This document shows, in pieces, positions 30,031 through 40,664 of a stretch of DNA of 64,000 bases (positions are counted from its first letter, which is position 1; the number at the start of each line of letters is the position of its first letter). A program made the translations under genes and the position numbers. The stretch lies in contig CAWFOU010000001.1 in NCBI GenBank assembly GCA_963817525.1, positions 864,001 to 928,000 on the forward strand, in the 5' to 3' direction. The notes beneath the pieces are model-generated. The model made no database searches. It had not been told where the DNA came from and was given only the letters and a program-made list of their open reading frames with translations. The stretch comes from an uncultured archaeon (lineage in GTDB: Archaea; Thermoproteota; Nitrososphaeria; Nitrososphaerales; Gagatemarchaeaceae).

Positions 30031-32292
30031 ATGACAAGAATGCCTCTTGAGCGGCTGGTCAAACTAGTCGGCGGGAAGGAAATACCCTTCGATCTAGGCG
30101 TAATTTTCCTCCTCTGCGCCAGAGTGGCGTTCTGGTTTGAACCCCCAAATGTTCTGATGCAAGGGGATTCGGTCTGGCCCTTTGCGTACAGTGGCACGAG
30201 TATATCTTGGGACCCGACTCAAAATGGCGGCCTTCCCAACCTACAACCTCTCGCGTCCTTCTTCCTCAACGGCTTTTTTAGCGGGTTCCGAGCAATCGGG
30301 TTCTCCGAGTCCAATTCGCTCAAGGCGTACATTATTATCTCCCTCTTTTTCCTGGTTTCGTCAACCTATTTTCTCGCGCGCGAATTAACGACCTCCGACA
30401 GGCGACTTACCGGCCTCCTTGCAGCTGTCGCGATTTCCTTCAGTCCTGTGCTTGCTTTGTACGGGACGGAGAGCATTTGGGGCTTAGAGTATGGGACAGG
30501 CGGAGTCATCGCCTTCGCCGGAACGATAGCGTCGGCAGCAGTAGTTGTCAGAGAGATGCGTAGACATTCTCTCATTAATTGCGCGTTGATAGGGCTATTT
30601 TCTATTCCCGTCTTGTACACGTACCCAGCAATCGAATTCCCAATTTTTCTGCTCGCGTTCGTCACGGCGTATCTCATATATGCGCACACCTTTGGAGAAA
30701 GAAAGATTTCGTCCTCCGCGACATTCGTCGCCGTTTCTCTTCTTTGTTGTGTTGTGTTCAACGCTTGGTGGGCTCTTCCCCAATACTACTACGTTCATTT
30801 GGGTTCTCAAATTCTGGCGAGCAGGGGATTCAATTCAACCGTAACAGATTTGAGTCTGCTAGATTCATTTAGAGTCCTTGCCTCGTGGGGGTTTTCCGAA
30901 CTTCAAGGAGCGTTCGGGCATCTGTACGTGCCCTACGCGCCAACCTTTTACTCGAATTCATTGGTAATCGTCTCCACCGTGATTGTTCCTGTAATTGCTT
31001 TCGCCGCGCTGCTTCTGCGGAAGAGCCGTATCGTCGTGTCTCTTGCACTGATTGGACTAATTGCAATATTCCTTTCCAAAGGCACAGGAGATCCCGGCGG
31101 CTACATTTATTCCGATTTGCTTAGGTTTCCAATCTTCGGCCTCTTTGACAACCCAACGTTTTTTGTACCAATCGTGGCGCTGACCTATAGTCTACTTCTT
31201 GGCATTTCGTTAACGGTAGTGATTCTTAGGGCACGGACGAAATTCGTCGGAAGACGCTCTCAAGTATTAGTTCTTGCAACCTCCGCCCTCCTTCTCTCGC
31301 CTGTAATTCTGGCGGGATGGCCATTAGTGACAGGAGATGTAGTTACAAATTGGTATTTTCCATCCCAACGAGGAGTAGACGTTCCATCTTATTATGCAGA
31401 GGCTAACCAATATTTGGCTTCAACAGGAGGTAATTTCCGCGTTATGATTCTACCGGCTATATCGACCTACATTTCTACGGACTGGCACTACGAAGGTACG
31501 TCCGCATTCTATTGGTGGTATGCATTCTCAGAACCGCTAGTTATTTCTTCAAGCTATTTCAACGCCGCCGAAGGGCAGCTAATCAACAGTCTTTATTCTT
31601 CCATCGAAGGAAACGGCACTAACGCTGCGATGCAAATCATGTTGTCGCTAAACATACGTTACGTGGTACTCGATGAATCAATCAATAATGACACGCTGGC
31701 AGGGTTACCACCAAACGATTTACCCGGCTCTATCAACTTCCTCACCCATGACCGAGACCTGCAGTTCGTGCACCAGTTTGGGGAATTAATGATTTATGAA
31801 GTTCTGCCCAACTACGGTCTAATTTATGGATCAACCAATCTCATCACAGTTGAGCCTTCGGCGACGGCCAACCCAAGTTCAAACCTCACGGCCGGCATCG
31901 GATACCCAGTACTCGTCAATTTCACAATTCCGGATATATCGAACGATGCAGCTTCGAATCAGCCTATCGTGACCTACACGCAATCCTCGGAAACGAGTTA
32001 CCAAGTTCACACTGCCTCCCAGAGGCCATTCGCACTGGCTTTTGGTAGCACGTTTGAACCTTGGTGGATTGCCTCGTATTCAAATGGAACAGTCCTCAAA
32101 CATTTCCTTGTAAATGGATTTGCCAATGGCTGGGAGGTCTCCCCCGGGACAAATGTTATTCGAATCTCATATATTCCGGATTCGGTGGCGACATTTGGGA
32201 TCGTCTTGAGCCTGGTCGGGTCAGTGTGCATTTTCCTCGGACTGGCAATGCGTCTCAGGCACGCCAGAACCAAGAAATTCGAATCCCCCTAG
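30031..32292 (+). CDS. large polytopic membrane protein, AftD/YfhO-like putative GT-C
   Basis: About 13 TM, then FRVMILP, LNIRYVVLD, STFEPWW, VNGFANGW and a C-terminal TM. Confidence 0.65.
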   Translation: MTRMPLERLVKLVGGKEIPFDLGVIFLLCARVAFWFEPPNVLMQGDSVWPFAYSGTSISWDPTQNGGLPNLQPLASFFLNGFFSGFRAIGFSESNSLKAYIIISLFFLVSSTYFLARELTTSDRRLTGLLAAVAISFSPVLALYGTESIWGLEYGTGGVIAFAGTIASAAVVVREMRRHSLINCALIGLFSIPVLYTYPAIEFPIFLLAFVTAYLIYAHTFGERKISSSATFVAVSLLCCVVFNAWWALPQYYYVHLGSQILASRGFNSTVTDLSLLDSFRVLASWGFSELQGAFGHLYVPYAPTFYSNSLVIVSTVIVPVIAFAALLLRKSRIVVSLALIGLIAIFLSKGTGDPGGYIYSDLLRFPIFGLFDNPTFFVPIVALTYSLLLGISLTVVILRARTKFVGRRSQVLVLATSALLLSPVILAGWPLVTGDVVTNWYFPSQRGVDVPSYYAEANQYLASTGGNFRVMILPAISTYISTDWHYEGTSAFYWWYAFSEPLVISSSYFNAAEGQLINSLYSSIEGNGTNAAMQIMLSLNIRYVVLDESINNDTLAGLPPNDLPGSINFLTHDRDLQFVHQFGELMIYEVLPNYGLIYGSTNLITVEPSATANPSSNLTAGIGYPVLVNFTIPDISNDAASNQPIVTYTQSSETSYQVHTASQRPFALAFGSTFEPWWIASYSNGTVLKHFLVNGFANGWEVSPGTNVIRISYIPDSVATFGIVLSLVGSVCIFLGLAMRLRHARTKKFESP

Positions 32293-32450
32293 TCGACGAA
32301 GGGCGCCAACGCGAAGAAGAAGAAATAGGCGTATATTTCGATGATTGTGGAGAGAGCACGTGCAACTCGAATCCGCGAACAAGACCGGTTCGCCTTCACC
32401 AATCAACCCCATAGAGAAATCCAAAACATGCGCTTACAAGGCGCATTTTC

Positions 32451-33143
32451 TTGCGCTTCCTTCAAGTCTTTTCCGGCCATCGGGCTTGCGTATTCCGACG
32501 TTCACTGTGCGAGAAATTGACTAGCCATTCAGTCGAGGAGTTACCAGCCAGAGTTCGGCTGGCCCTCAGCTTGGCGCCTGACGAGTTCGACTATTCGCTG
32601 TCTGTTGGCTCGGCGAACACGGAAATCGGGAATGTGAACATAGACATACAGAGAGATGAAAAGCTAAGCATTATTGGCGACGCAAGGTTCCTCCCGATCC
32701 GAGACGAAGTCTTTGACCTCGTGTTCTTCACGGATGTCATAGAACACGTTCCAGAGGGTTACGAGTTGCGATCCCTGCAAGAGATATGCAGAGTCCTAAA
32801 GAAAGAAGGAAAGATCATTTTGAGCACGCCGAACGACACCGGGTTCTTCCGGTCGCTAGATCCAGGCGTCTATTTAGGACGTCACAGACACTATAGGTTT
32901 GCAGATCTCCGAGACATGCTAGATAAAGCCAATTTCGCCGCAGAGCTGGCTTTCACTTCAGCGGGCTTCTCCGTTGCGTTCGGCGTTCTGATTCAGGATC
33001 TCATTCTGTTCCCGTTGAAGAAAATAACACGTTACAGGTTGCCCTTGCCGCGTGCGATTGAAAGGAGTCTTGCCAAGGACTACGCGCGGATTTACAGAGA
33101 CAACCGAGGGTACGAGATATTCGTCCGGGCCCAAAAGACGTGA
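32451..33143 (+). CDS. class I SAM-dependent methyltransferase (Methyltransf_11)
   Basis: GDARFLP, DVIEHV, RVLKKEG..ILSTPN and HRHY motifs. Confidence 0.8.
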   Translation: MRFLQVFSGHRACVFRRSLCEKLTSHSVEELPARVRLALSLAPDEFDYSLSVGSANTEIGNVNIDIQRDEKLSIIGDARFLPIRDEVFDLVFFTDVIEHVPEGYELRSLQEICRVLKKEGKIILSTPNDTGFFRSLDPGVYLGRHRHYRFADLRDMLDKANFAAELAFTSAGFSVAFGVLIQDLILFPLKKITRYRLPLPRAIERSLAKDYARIYRDNRGYEIFVRAQKT

Positions 33144-33156
33144 TTTGTGAAAGCCA

Positions 33157-34185
33157 ATGGTCCCTCCGAAGATAAGCCTCTTTTCGAGCAAGAATCTCGA
33201 TCGAGACTTGTGGAGACAGCTTCTCGAAGGAAGCGTGTATGCCAATCTCTATCAGGACGACGACTGGGCCACCTTTCGCGAGACTGAAAGGGAGTATAGC
33301 ACCTTCTGCGTTGCCGAGGACGAAGGACAGCCGGTTGGTATACGCGTATGGAAACGCAAAATTCGCGTAGGATTTGTACTGGAGAGTGCGGGCGGACCGC
33401 TCTATTTTCCGGAGTCGGAGCTGCTCGCAAAACGCTTGCTGGAACGTGTTCTTCCTCTCGTTCGAACCGGTTGCATGGCTGGCAGCTTTACCTTTTCGCC
33501 GCTTTTCAATTCTCGCGTGATAACTGGCTTCGACGGAATAAATCCCAACAGGGTCACCTTCGCGATTGACTTGACAAAGAGCGCGGACAAACTCTGGAAC
33601 GGCATATCGAAGTCAGCACGGTGGAGTGTTCGCACAGCCGAACGAAGAGGAATCATAATCAAGGAGAGTGACGATTTCGAACAGTGGATTGACTTTCACA
33701 AAATACACCTTGAGGAGTCGAGCAGGAAGGGTTACGAGCACATAGCTCTCTCGGCGAGCGGAATCAGGTGGATATATGACGTTCTTCGTCCCAAAAAGAA
33801 ATGCGCTTTGCTTGTGGCCTTGTTGGACAACACGGTGGTGGCAGGCTCGCTGCTGTATGTTTCCCGAAACACCCTACATTGGGTGCGCAATGCTTCAAAT
33901 CCCAGGTATTTGGCATTCCAGCCAAACGACTCGCTTGCATGGAGTGCAATCATGCTCGGCAAAAATAGAGGGGTTTCGCTACTTGACTTGTTCGGCGCGA
34001 CGAAGGGGAAAAACCTTCCCGGAGCCGGCATCTATCAATTCAAGAGCAAATGGGGAGGAATTGAAGTGTCTGATCCGGTTTACATGACAGGCAAGGCATA
34101 TTCCATTGCTTCTCGGCTTCAGCGGTCGTCTCCGTTGGCAAGAAGTGTCATTGACTTCTTCAACGCATCAATCGTTCGCGCCTAA
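33157..34185 (+). CDS. FemAB/GNAT-family acyl/aminoacyl transferase
   Basis: IDLT..LW...SKSARWSVR.AERRG, PND.L.W and GIYQFKSKWGG motifs. Confidence 0.8.
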   Translation: MVPPKISLFSSKNLDRDLWRQLLEGSVYANLYQDDDWATFRETEREYSTFCVAEDEGQPVGIRVWKRKIRVGFVLESAGGPLYFPESELLAKRLLERVLPLVRTGCMAGSFTFSPLFNSRVITGFDGINPNRVTFAIDLTKSADKLWNGISKSARWSVRTAERRGIIIKESDDFEQWIDFHKIHLEESSRKGYEHIALSASGIRWIYDVLRPKKKCALLVALLDNTVVAGSLLYVSRNTLHWVRNASNPRYLAFQPNDSLAWSAIMLGKNRGVSLLDLFGATKGKNLPGAGIYQFKSKWGGIEVSDPVYMTGKAYSIASRLQRSSPLARSVIDFFNASIVRA

Positions 34186-34287
34186 GAGAGGCTTGCCGAC
34201 CTATCAGCGTCCTCCTCCACTAGACGCAGGACAAAGGCTGCCAATCCAAGTTGTTCGCGGAAGCAGATTAAATGAAAGCAGGGATTT

Positions 34288-35084
34288 TCAAGTTCGCCGC
34301 GCCTCAATGATTTCGCCTTTGGTCTCTGCACTAAACCCCAAAGTCCTCAATCGAGTCACAATGGGTCGTGGGTTCCTGTGGTATTCCACGGCTATGTCAG
34401 AAATTCGTTCAAAAGAAGTGTCAGGGGTATTGCCAATCAAATCGTACTCGCAGCCCTCGCAGTCAATTTTGAGGAAGACGTCTCGTAGATCATTGCTGTC
34501 CAGAAAAAAGCTCAACGATGAAGGTCCCAACCCTCCAGTCATACGTCTGTTGAACATCCGAATCTTCTCGCCTTGCTGGTTAAGTCTGACGTTTTCTAGC
34601 GCTATCCTAAATCGCTCAGGGTCAGGTTCGAATCCAAAAACAACGCTCGCCCCGGATAAGGCGAAGTCCAGAGAGCAATCGGCTATCGATGCCCCAACGT
34701 CAACGACCTCTCTCCCACTCAGGTCGCGTTTGCCATAGACCCTCATCGCGAATACTTCGTCCAATACGTGTGAATAAGCTCATCGATCAGCCTTAGCTTG
34801 AGGCCGTTCGGCGTTTCGACAACACATTCTCCATCCCGCAAAGTGTAGATGAAACCGTTCGCCGAGTTATACCGCCGATACAAACCTTCGTAGAATTTCT
34901 CGTGTTTAGTTTTCGAGAGCGGCAATTTTTCGCCGTCCCTGAATTTCGCTTCGCCAGTTGATAGCAAGCCGAAATAGATTCCTAAGACCTCTGGCCAATT
35001 TGTCACGTATCTATGGAGCATCATGAAACCCTGGAGACTTCTTAGGTGAGGCAACCCAAATTCCATCCATTCGTTTCGCAGCAC
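34288..35084 (-). CDS. FkbM-family methyltransferase (frameshift near 34760)
   Basis: VVDVGASIAD, FEP, LKIDCEGCEY and VEYH motifs; N-terminal part in ORF 34743-35084 (NWP motif shared with the 19845 paralog). Confidence 0.8.
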
Positions 35085-35255
35085 ACATAAGCTTCACTGC
35101 ACTCGGGGCGGCTCTTGCCGATAATGTCAGCATCTTGAACGATACAGGACAGATTCCAATCAACATTCTCCCAATATCACATATTAAGGTTGAGCGCCAG
35201 CCGTTGCATTGTATCCTCATGCAAATCCGACGTTCTTCAGAATTCATGAACGCGG

Positions 35256-36515
35256 ATGTCCGAAAAAAAGCTCCAATCGGTACGAGTCCGATTGATTAGC
35301 CCTCTTTCCTTACCCAATCCATATTTTCGTACGAAATTCACGCCAAACATGGCGAATTCAACCCCAACCGGACAACAACTCGGTCAGAACAGAAAATCCA
35401 CGCCAAGGGAGTTTGAGAGATTGTTCTCAGAGTTTGTTGGATCACGAGAAGGTGTAGCCACTCGTTCCGGAAGGGCAGCACTGGCGCTAGCGCTTCAATG
35501 CTCAGGAATCCGGAAGGGTGACGAGGTAATCATCCCTTCAGTCGCGTGCGGCGCAGTGGCGGACGCGGTGTTCAGTCTCGGAGCCGTTCCAGCGCTCGCC
35601 GACTGCAACATGGTCGACGGAAATATCGATGCGAGCAAACTGGAAGGAACCTTGTCGAAGAAGACCCGCGCGCTAATCGCCGTACATTACCAGGGCCTGC
35701 CATGCGACGTAGACCAGATTGCCGAATTTGCTCGGAAAAATGAGATAACGTTAATAGAAGACTGTGCTCATTCGATCGGTTCACGATTCGCATCAAAGAA
35801 TCTGGGGCTTTTCGGGGATTACGCCGTATACAGCTTTGGTCCAGATAAGGCGATGACGACGGGGAGTGGCGGAATGCTCGTATCGAGTGCGGAGGCACAC
35901 GGCGACTCAATCAGGAAGCTTCACACGACTCTTGGTAATATGAAAGATGATGGCGGATTAGGCTTGGTCAAGAATCTTGCTGAAACTCAATTGACGCGCA
36001 ACAAACGTGCATACGGAGTAGCATGTATGTCGTATTTCCCGATTCAGAGGATGGTATCATCGATGATCCATCGCGGCTACGAGGTCAATCAAGGACCTAT
36101 TTCGAAGTTGGCCGCCGGAATCGGTATTGCGCAACTCCAATCAATCTCTCAGGTGTTGATAGCGAGAGAGAGGAATGCCGGGCGCATGCAAGACATGCTC
36201 GAAAGGAGTGAGAGTTTTCAGGCGCCTGAATTTTCCAAGACCAAAGAACCGGTCTTCCTGAGATTCACAATCTTAAGCAAATCTCGCGCTCACAGAGACG
36301 CCGTAGTGCTCAGATTAAAACGAAGTGGAATCGAGGCGGGCCCGGTTAACTGGAGAGTTCCGCTTCATCAGTCTTCCAAGTACTCACCGTTTTGCGAACG
36401 CCGCGTCTCTTATGAGGGCGCAACCGCGTTTTGTCAGAGGTTTGTCAATTTGCCCTGCCACCAACTACTCGAAGAAGACGACTTTGAAACTATGAATCGC
36501 TGTCTGACCTTATGA
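35256..36515 (+). CDS. DegT/DnrJ/EryC1/StrS aminotransferase
   Basis: SGRAAL, VHYQG, IEDCAH, SFGPDKAMTTGSGG and VNLP motifs. Confidence 0.85.
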   Translation: MSEKKLQSVRVRLISPLSLPNPYFRTKFTPNMANSTPTGQQLGQNRKSTPREFERLFSEFVGSREGVATRSGRAALALALQCSGIRKGDEVIIPSVACGAVADAVFSLGAVPALADCNMVDGNIDASKLEGTLSKKTRALIAVHYQGLPCDVDQIAEFARKNEITLIEDCAHSIGSRFASKNLGLFGDYAVYSFGPDKAMTTGSGGMLVSSAEAHGDSIRKLHTTLGNMKDDGGLGLVKNLAETQLTRNKRAYGVACMSYFPIQRMVSSMIHRGYEVNQGPISKLAAGIGIAQLQSISQVLIARERNAGRMQDMLERSESFQAPEFSKTKEPVFLRFTILSKSRAHRDAVVLRLKRSGIEAGPVNWRVPLHQSSKYSPFCERRVSYEGATAFCQRFVNLPCHQLLEEDDFETMNRCLTL

Positions 36516-36547
36516 GTTCCACCGGGAATGCAATTGACTCGGTCACT

Positions 36548-37454
36548 CTACGCATTATCGAATCGATCTTTGCTTCTTGCCTCCGTGATAGAGGCGGCAG
36601 CGAGTCCCATCACTACAAAAATCATCTGAGTAACCTTCAAGAAGGGAACCAGAAGTACATCAGGACCCTCCAGCCCCTTCTGCGCGAATACTTGCCTTCC
36701 TCACCCTAACGCTGGAAGAAATTGCTCCCGGTCTAATGGGGACGAAGCGGGAGAACATGGCTCTTGGTTGTTTCCTTGCAAACGCCTTCATGAACCTCCC
36801 GTACTTGAAACTCTTCATCATGTATTTCGGGAAACTCAGGTTAGCTTCGTCATGCAATATGCTTTGCTCAACGCCTATGATCTTCACGTTTGCTGCGCGC
36901 AGCCTCAAATCGAAATCGTAATCTTCCCCCGATACAAGCAGCGAATCGAATCCTCCAATCGTTAGAAAGGTGCCCCGTGTTATGAAAGCAGGACTGGTGT
37001 AGGAAGAATCTCCCCGATATCCGAGCCTTTCCGCCTGCCTCACCCTCGCCCAAAATCGCTCTCCCACCGATACCTCTGGAATACTAACTGCTTCGGCATG
37101 TTCTGACCTTACCCGGCGGACGCATTCGGCAACAACGTCAGATTTGACGCTCATGTCCGAGTCCAAGAATAACAGGAACTCCCCTAGAGCGGCGGCGGCC
37201 CCGAGGTTGCGTTGTGCGGACCTGGCGTCTTCGTAGCCTTGTGTCGCGAGCTCTATCAATCGCCCCCCAGAGCTCTTCGCGACTTGTTGTGTTCCGTCGG
37301 TACTCATGTAATCGACAACGATGACCTCATGTGGCCATCTGATGAACTGGGCAATCGAATCCAAGCAGCGCGCCAGGAGTCCAGAGCAATTCCTCGTTGG
37401 GACGATGATGGAAACGAGGCTTTCGATTGTCTCCGACATTCGTTTCCGGTGCAT
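36548..37454 (-). CDS. GT2 glycosyltransferase (probable frameshift near 36700)
   Basis: VSIIVPTRN, VVDYMSTDGT, FLDSD and GGFD..L.SGEDYD; hydrophobic tail (LVPFLKVTQMIFVVMG) in another frame ending at 36548. Confidence 0.8.
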
Positions 37455-37649
37455 GAGAAGTCGACCTACTCCATTAAGCATTGCTGTGGCCGATCCTCGT
37501 GACGCAGCTCTTGGACTCAGGTCGATGGAAAGTCTGAGGCTCGCGTTCGACCCGAGGAATTGATTCACCGATTCCACTTCCCGAGCCATCCGACTCGTCG
37601 TTGGCACATCGTGCAATCCTTTTAAGCGTCAAACCCCCAAACGGCAGCA

Positions 37650-37859
37650 ATGAGCGAATCAGGCGGAAAAATCGCTGTTCTGATTCCAGAAAATCTCTAT
37701 CGAAGCATAAGCGCCGAAATCAGCGATACAGGCTTCGCGTCGGTTGACGATTATGTCGTATATGTGCTGAACGTCGTAAGCCAAAAAAAATCAAGCGATT
37801 CACCCCCATCAGACGCCGAACGAGTAACTGCGCGTCTAAAGGCGCTCGGGTACATCTAG
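37650..37859 (+). CDS. small CopG/RHH-like protein with RLKALGYI tail
   Basis: IAVLIPENLY...FASVDDYVVYVL RHH-like core and a C-terminal LGY motif; TTTTAA about 25 nt upstream. Confidence 0.75.
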   Translation: MSESGGKIAVLIPENLYRSISAEISDTGFASVDDYVVYVLNVVSQKKSSDSPPSDAERVTARLKALGYI

Positions 37860-39326
37860 CGTCCAATCGCCCTTCAAATGACCACGCACCGACCACAGAG
37901 CAACTCCGTCGATATAGCTTGGTATGGGAAGTTTGAGCAAGTTTAGCACCGTAGGCACAATGTCGTACACAGATAAAGTCCGGTTTGCCAGGTTCGTGCC
38001 GCGCAGTCCCTCTTCCCCATAACAAATCAGAATCCCGTCCAAGGCATGAATCCCTTTCTTAGTGAGTAACGGATTTCCAACATATTTGCCGTTGTTCAAC
38101 CGAGTGGTGTCGATAGCCCAACCGTCAGGAGCTTCAACAATCAGTTGACCTGGAGCTTGATCCACGCGTTTACCGTTATAGAGGTCCTTCGTAAGTAGGT
38201 AGCTTTTCAGCAATCCCGATTTCTTAAGTTCAGCCAAGTCCGCCATTAGGCGAGTGTGCGTCGAAGTGAATTCTCCGGCGTCTTTGCCGGAAATCCTGAG
38301 CCATGCTACAGGTTCGTTGATATTGAATGCAGAAACCCGACGGTTGGCTTGGTTGGCACCTTGGTCTAGGACCAATCCAGGACCCAGCACTCTCTTCATT
38401 AGCGCCAGCGTTTGAGGTGCGTGATTAAGCAAGAAGACGTACAACGAAGATGCCATTCCTGATTTTGCTAGCATATCCCAGTTGATGCCAGCACGCCCGG
38501 TGACTCTCGAAAGTCCAGACCTCTGAATATCGAGATATTGGTTAGCGGCGAGCCATTCATTGATGAATAGGATTTTGTCGACTCTTCTGAACCCATGATC
38601 GGACACAATCAATAACGTGTCTTCCTTCTTCATTCTCCTAAGCAATTCCCCAAGCCAATTGTCCAGAAGAATGAACATCTTGTCGATTACAACCTTGTCA
38701 TCGTAGCTAAAGTGAAACACCTCGTCGGGTAAGTTGTCAACAAGAACCACAAGATCCCAACGTTCTGAATCCACCATCTTCAGAGAGGCCTCGATTCTTT
38801 TGGAAAGCTCCTTTAGCTGCGTCGCTGAGTGAACATTGGCCCCCTCCGTCATTATTGCCTCGATCTTCTGCTCTGTATCTAGGTCATCATAGCCGTAACC
38901 ACTGAAATCCACGCCGTCGGGTAATTTTGGCGGGTAGTAGGAAAAATCTCGCACGAATCTCCCGGTTATGAATACGCCACTTACTTCTGGCGCGGGATGC
39001 ACAAATGGCACGCCCATCACTAAAACTCTTCTTCCCGCCCACGATACGTAGTCCCAAAGAAAGGGAATGTCCGAGTTGCGCATATTAGATGGAGGACGTT
39101 CATTCCCTCTCATCTCGAACATCTCGAAAATACCATGCTTCCCTGGATTCACTCCAGAGAAGATGCTCGTCCACGCTGGAGCAGTCACGTAGGGATAAAC
39201 AGACCGAAGACATGCTAAATTTCCGGGTTCGATGACTCTCTCGAAATTCGAAAGTTTGGCTCTCGTCATGGCTGACTTCAGGTCGTTAACTGAAAGCCCG
39301 TCGAGGCCCCACAAAATTACGGTCAA
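37836..39326 (-). CDS. alkaline phosphatase superfamily (type I phosphodiesterase-like) protein
   Basis: GLDG, TAPAWTSIFSGVNPGKHGIF, VSDHGF, GIH and DIVPTVL motifs. Confidence 0.88.
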   Translation of the reverse strand: MTVILWGLDGLSVNDLKSAMTRAKLSNFERVIEPGNLACLRSVYPYVTAPAWTSIFSGVNPGKHGIFEMFEMRGNERPPSNMRNSDIPFLWDYVSWAGRRVLVMGVPFVHPAPEVSGVFITGRFVRDFSYYPPKLPDGVDFSGYGYDDLDTEQKIEAIMTEGANVHSATQLKELSKRIEASLKMVDSERWDLVVLVDNLPDEVFHFSYDDKVVIDKMFILLDNWLGELLRRMKKEDTLLIVSDHGFRRVDKILFINEWLAANQYLDIQRSGLSRVTGRAGINWDMLAKSGMASSLYVFLLNHAPQTLALMKRVLGPGLVLDQGANQANRRVSAFNINEPVAWLRISGKDAGEFTSTHTRLMADLAELKKSGLLKSYLLTKDLYNGKRVDQAPGQLIVEAPDGWAIDTTRLNNGKYVGNPLLTKKGIHALDGILICYGEEGLRGTNLANRTLSVYDIVPTVLNLLKLPIPSYIDGVALWSVRGHLKGDWTLDVPERL

Positions 39327-39450
39327 GACGCGAACGGCTCTCCGCTATCTTCCAGATCCTTCGAAAGACGTCCGCCTGACTTTCGAAAGAAGTGGAATCC
39401 GGATGATTCTCGACGGGCGCTTCCAAGAAGAATGTCTTCGATCCTCATAG

Positions 39451-40593
39451 TCAAATCGCCGGGTCTTTCTTTCGTCCGATTGCGGCGTCAAGTGATTTCG
39501 CAGATACTTCTGCCGCAGTGTCCCAATCAAACCTCTTGCTGAAGTCGGCGGCCGCGCGTGAAATCGCGTTCCATCTGACAGTGTCTCTTAGTATTGATGA
39601 GACCTTATCTGCTATCACGGAAGCATTAACCGACTCCAACAATAAGCCGTTGGTTCCTCCGGCAAGCAAGTCAATCTGAGATTTGGTCACGAGAATGGGA
39701 ACGCCAGCAGACATCGCCTCGACCGCTGAAATTGTCCAACCTCCCTCGTCTATGGAGGTACAAACATATGCAGAAGCCGACTTAAGCAGAGCTGCCTTCT
39801 CTTCTTCGGAAACAAAGCCGCAAAACGTCACGAGGCGGTCTAACCCCAAAGAGCGGGTCAAAGACCGTAAATGACTTTCGTAGTCACCTTTGCCAATCAC
39901 GAGAAGATGAACTCCAGGGGCAGTCTTTTCGAGTATGCTAAGGGATCTTATCAGATCCTGCACTCCTTTGTACTTCTTAAGTCTGCCCAGGTATACGACT
40001 GATAAGTTGGGGCGTCGCGGACTTGGGGCTAGATTCACAAGAACTCGAAATTCAGGAGAAACCCCTGGGAACGCAACCTCAATTTTCTCTTTCTTGAAGC
40101 CTTCTTCGATCAAGCGTCGTCTTGAGTATTCGGAGATTGTCGTTACTTCGCAATTGCGATAGACCCAAGGGATGAGAGAGGAAAGTCCGTAAAGACAGAG
40201 CGTGGGGAGCAAATTCTTCAGTTCGGCTTCTTTCAAGAGAACGCCCTTGTTATCAATCGAATAGATTTGGGCCACTACGGGGATTCTTGATACAACCGGT
40301 CCGAAGAATGGAATCGTGTTTATGCTCTCAAATACGACGTCATAATTAGCAATCTCATTTCTGCGACTCATAAACTTGAAAACATGAAAGTACACTGTGT
40401 ACTTATTTCCGAATCGCCTAATTCTGACACCGTCCAGAACCTCGTCCCTTCGTGCGCCCTTGAAGCTCGAGCAGATCAGGGTTACACTATGTCCCGTTTT
40501 CGCCCATCGAGTTGTAATCTCATGCATATGCACTTCGGCACCCCCGGCATCTGGATTTAGCACGTCGCGCCAGTTTACTGCGAGGATCCTCAA
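39451..40593 (-). CDS. GT4 glycosyltransferase
   Basis: NWRD..NP.AGGAE, LGRLKKYKG and EGGW...VEAMSAGVP motifs. Confidence 0.9.
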   Translation of the reverse strand: MRILAVNWRDVLNPDAGGAEVHMHEITTRWAKTGHSVTLICSSFKGARRDEVLDGVRIRRFGNKYTVYFHVFKFMSRRNEIANYDVVFESINTIPFFGPVVSRIPVVAQIYSIDNKGVLLKEAELKNLLPTLCLYGLSSLIPWVYRNCEVTTISEYSRRRLIEEGFKKEKIEVAFPGVSPEFRVLVNLAPSPRRPNLSVVYLGRLKKYKGVQDLIRSLSILEKTAPGVHLLVIGKGDYESHLRSLTRSLGLDRLVTFCGFVSEEEKAALLKSASAYVCTSIDEGGWTISAVEAMSAGVPILVTKSQIDLLAGGTNGLLLESVNASVIADKVSSILRDTVRWNAISRAAADFSKRFDWDTAAEVSAKSLDAAIGRKKDPAI

Positions 40594-40664
40594 AATATCA
40601 CGGTCAATTGTCCTATTCCAGCGCCCGTTGCACTCCTCGAAACCAAGCTAGGAATTGAAAACCA

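Noticed and set aside
39355-39395. Short direct repeat TTCGAAAGA in an intergenic spacer
   Set aside because: Only two 9-nt copies; insufficient for a CRISPR or operator call.
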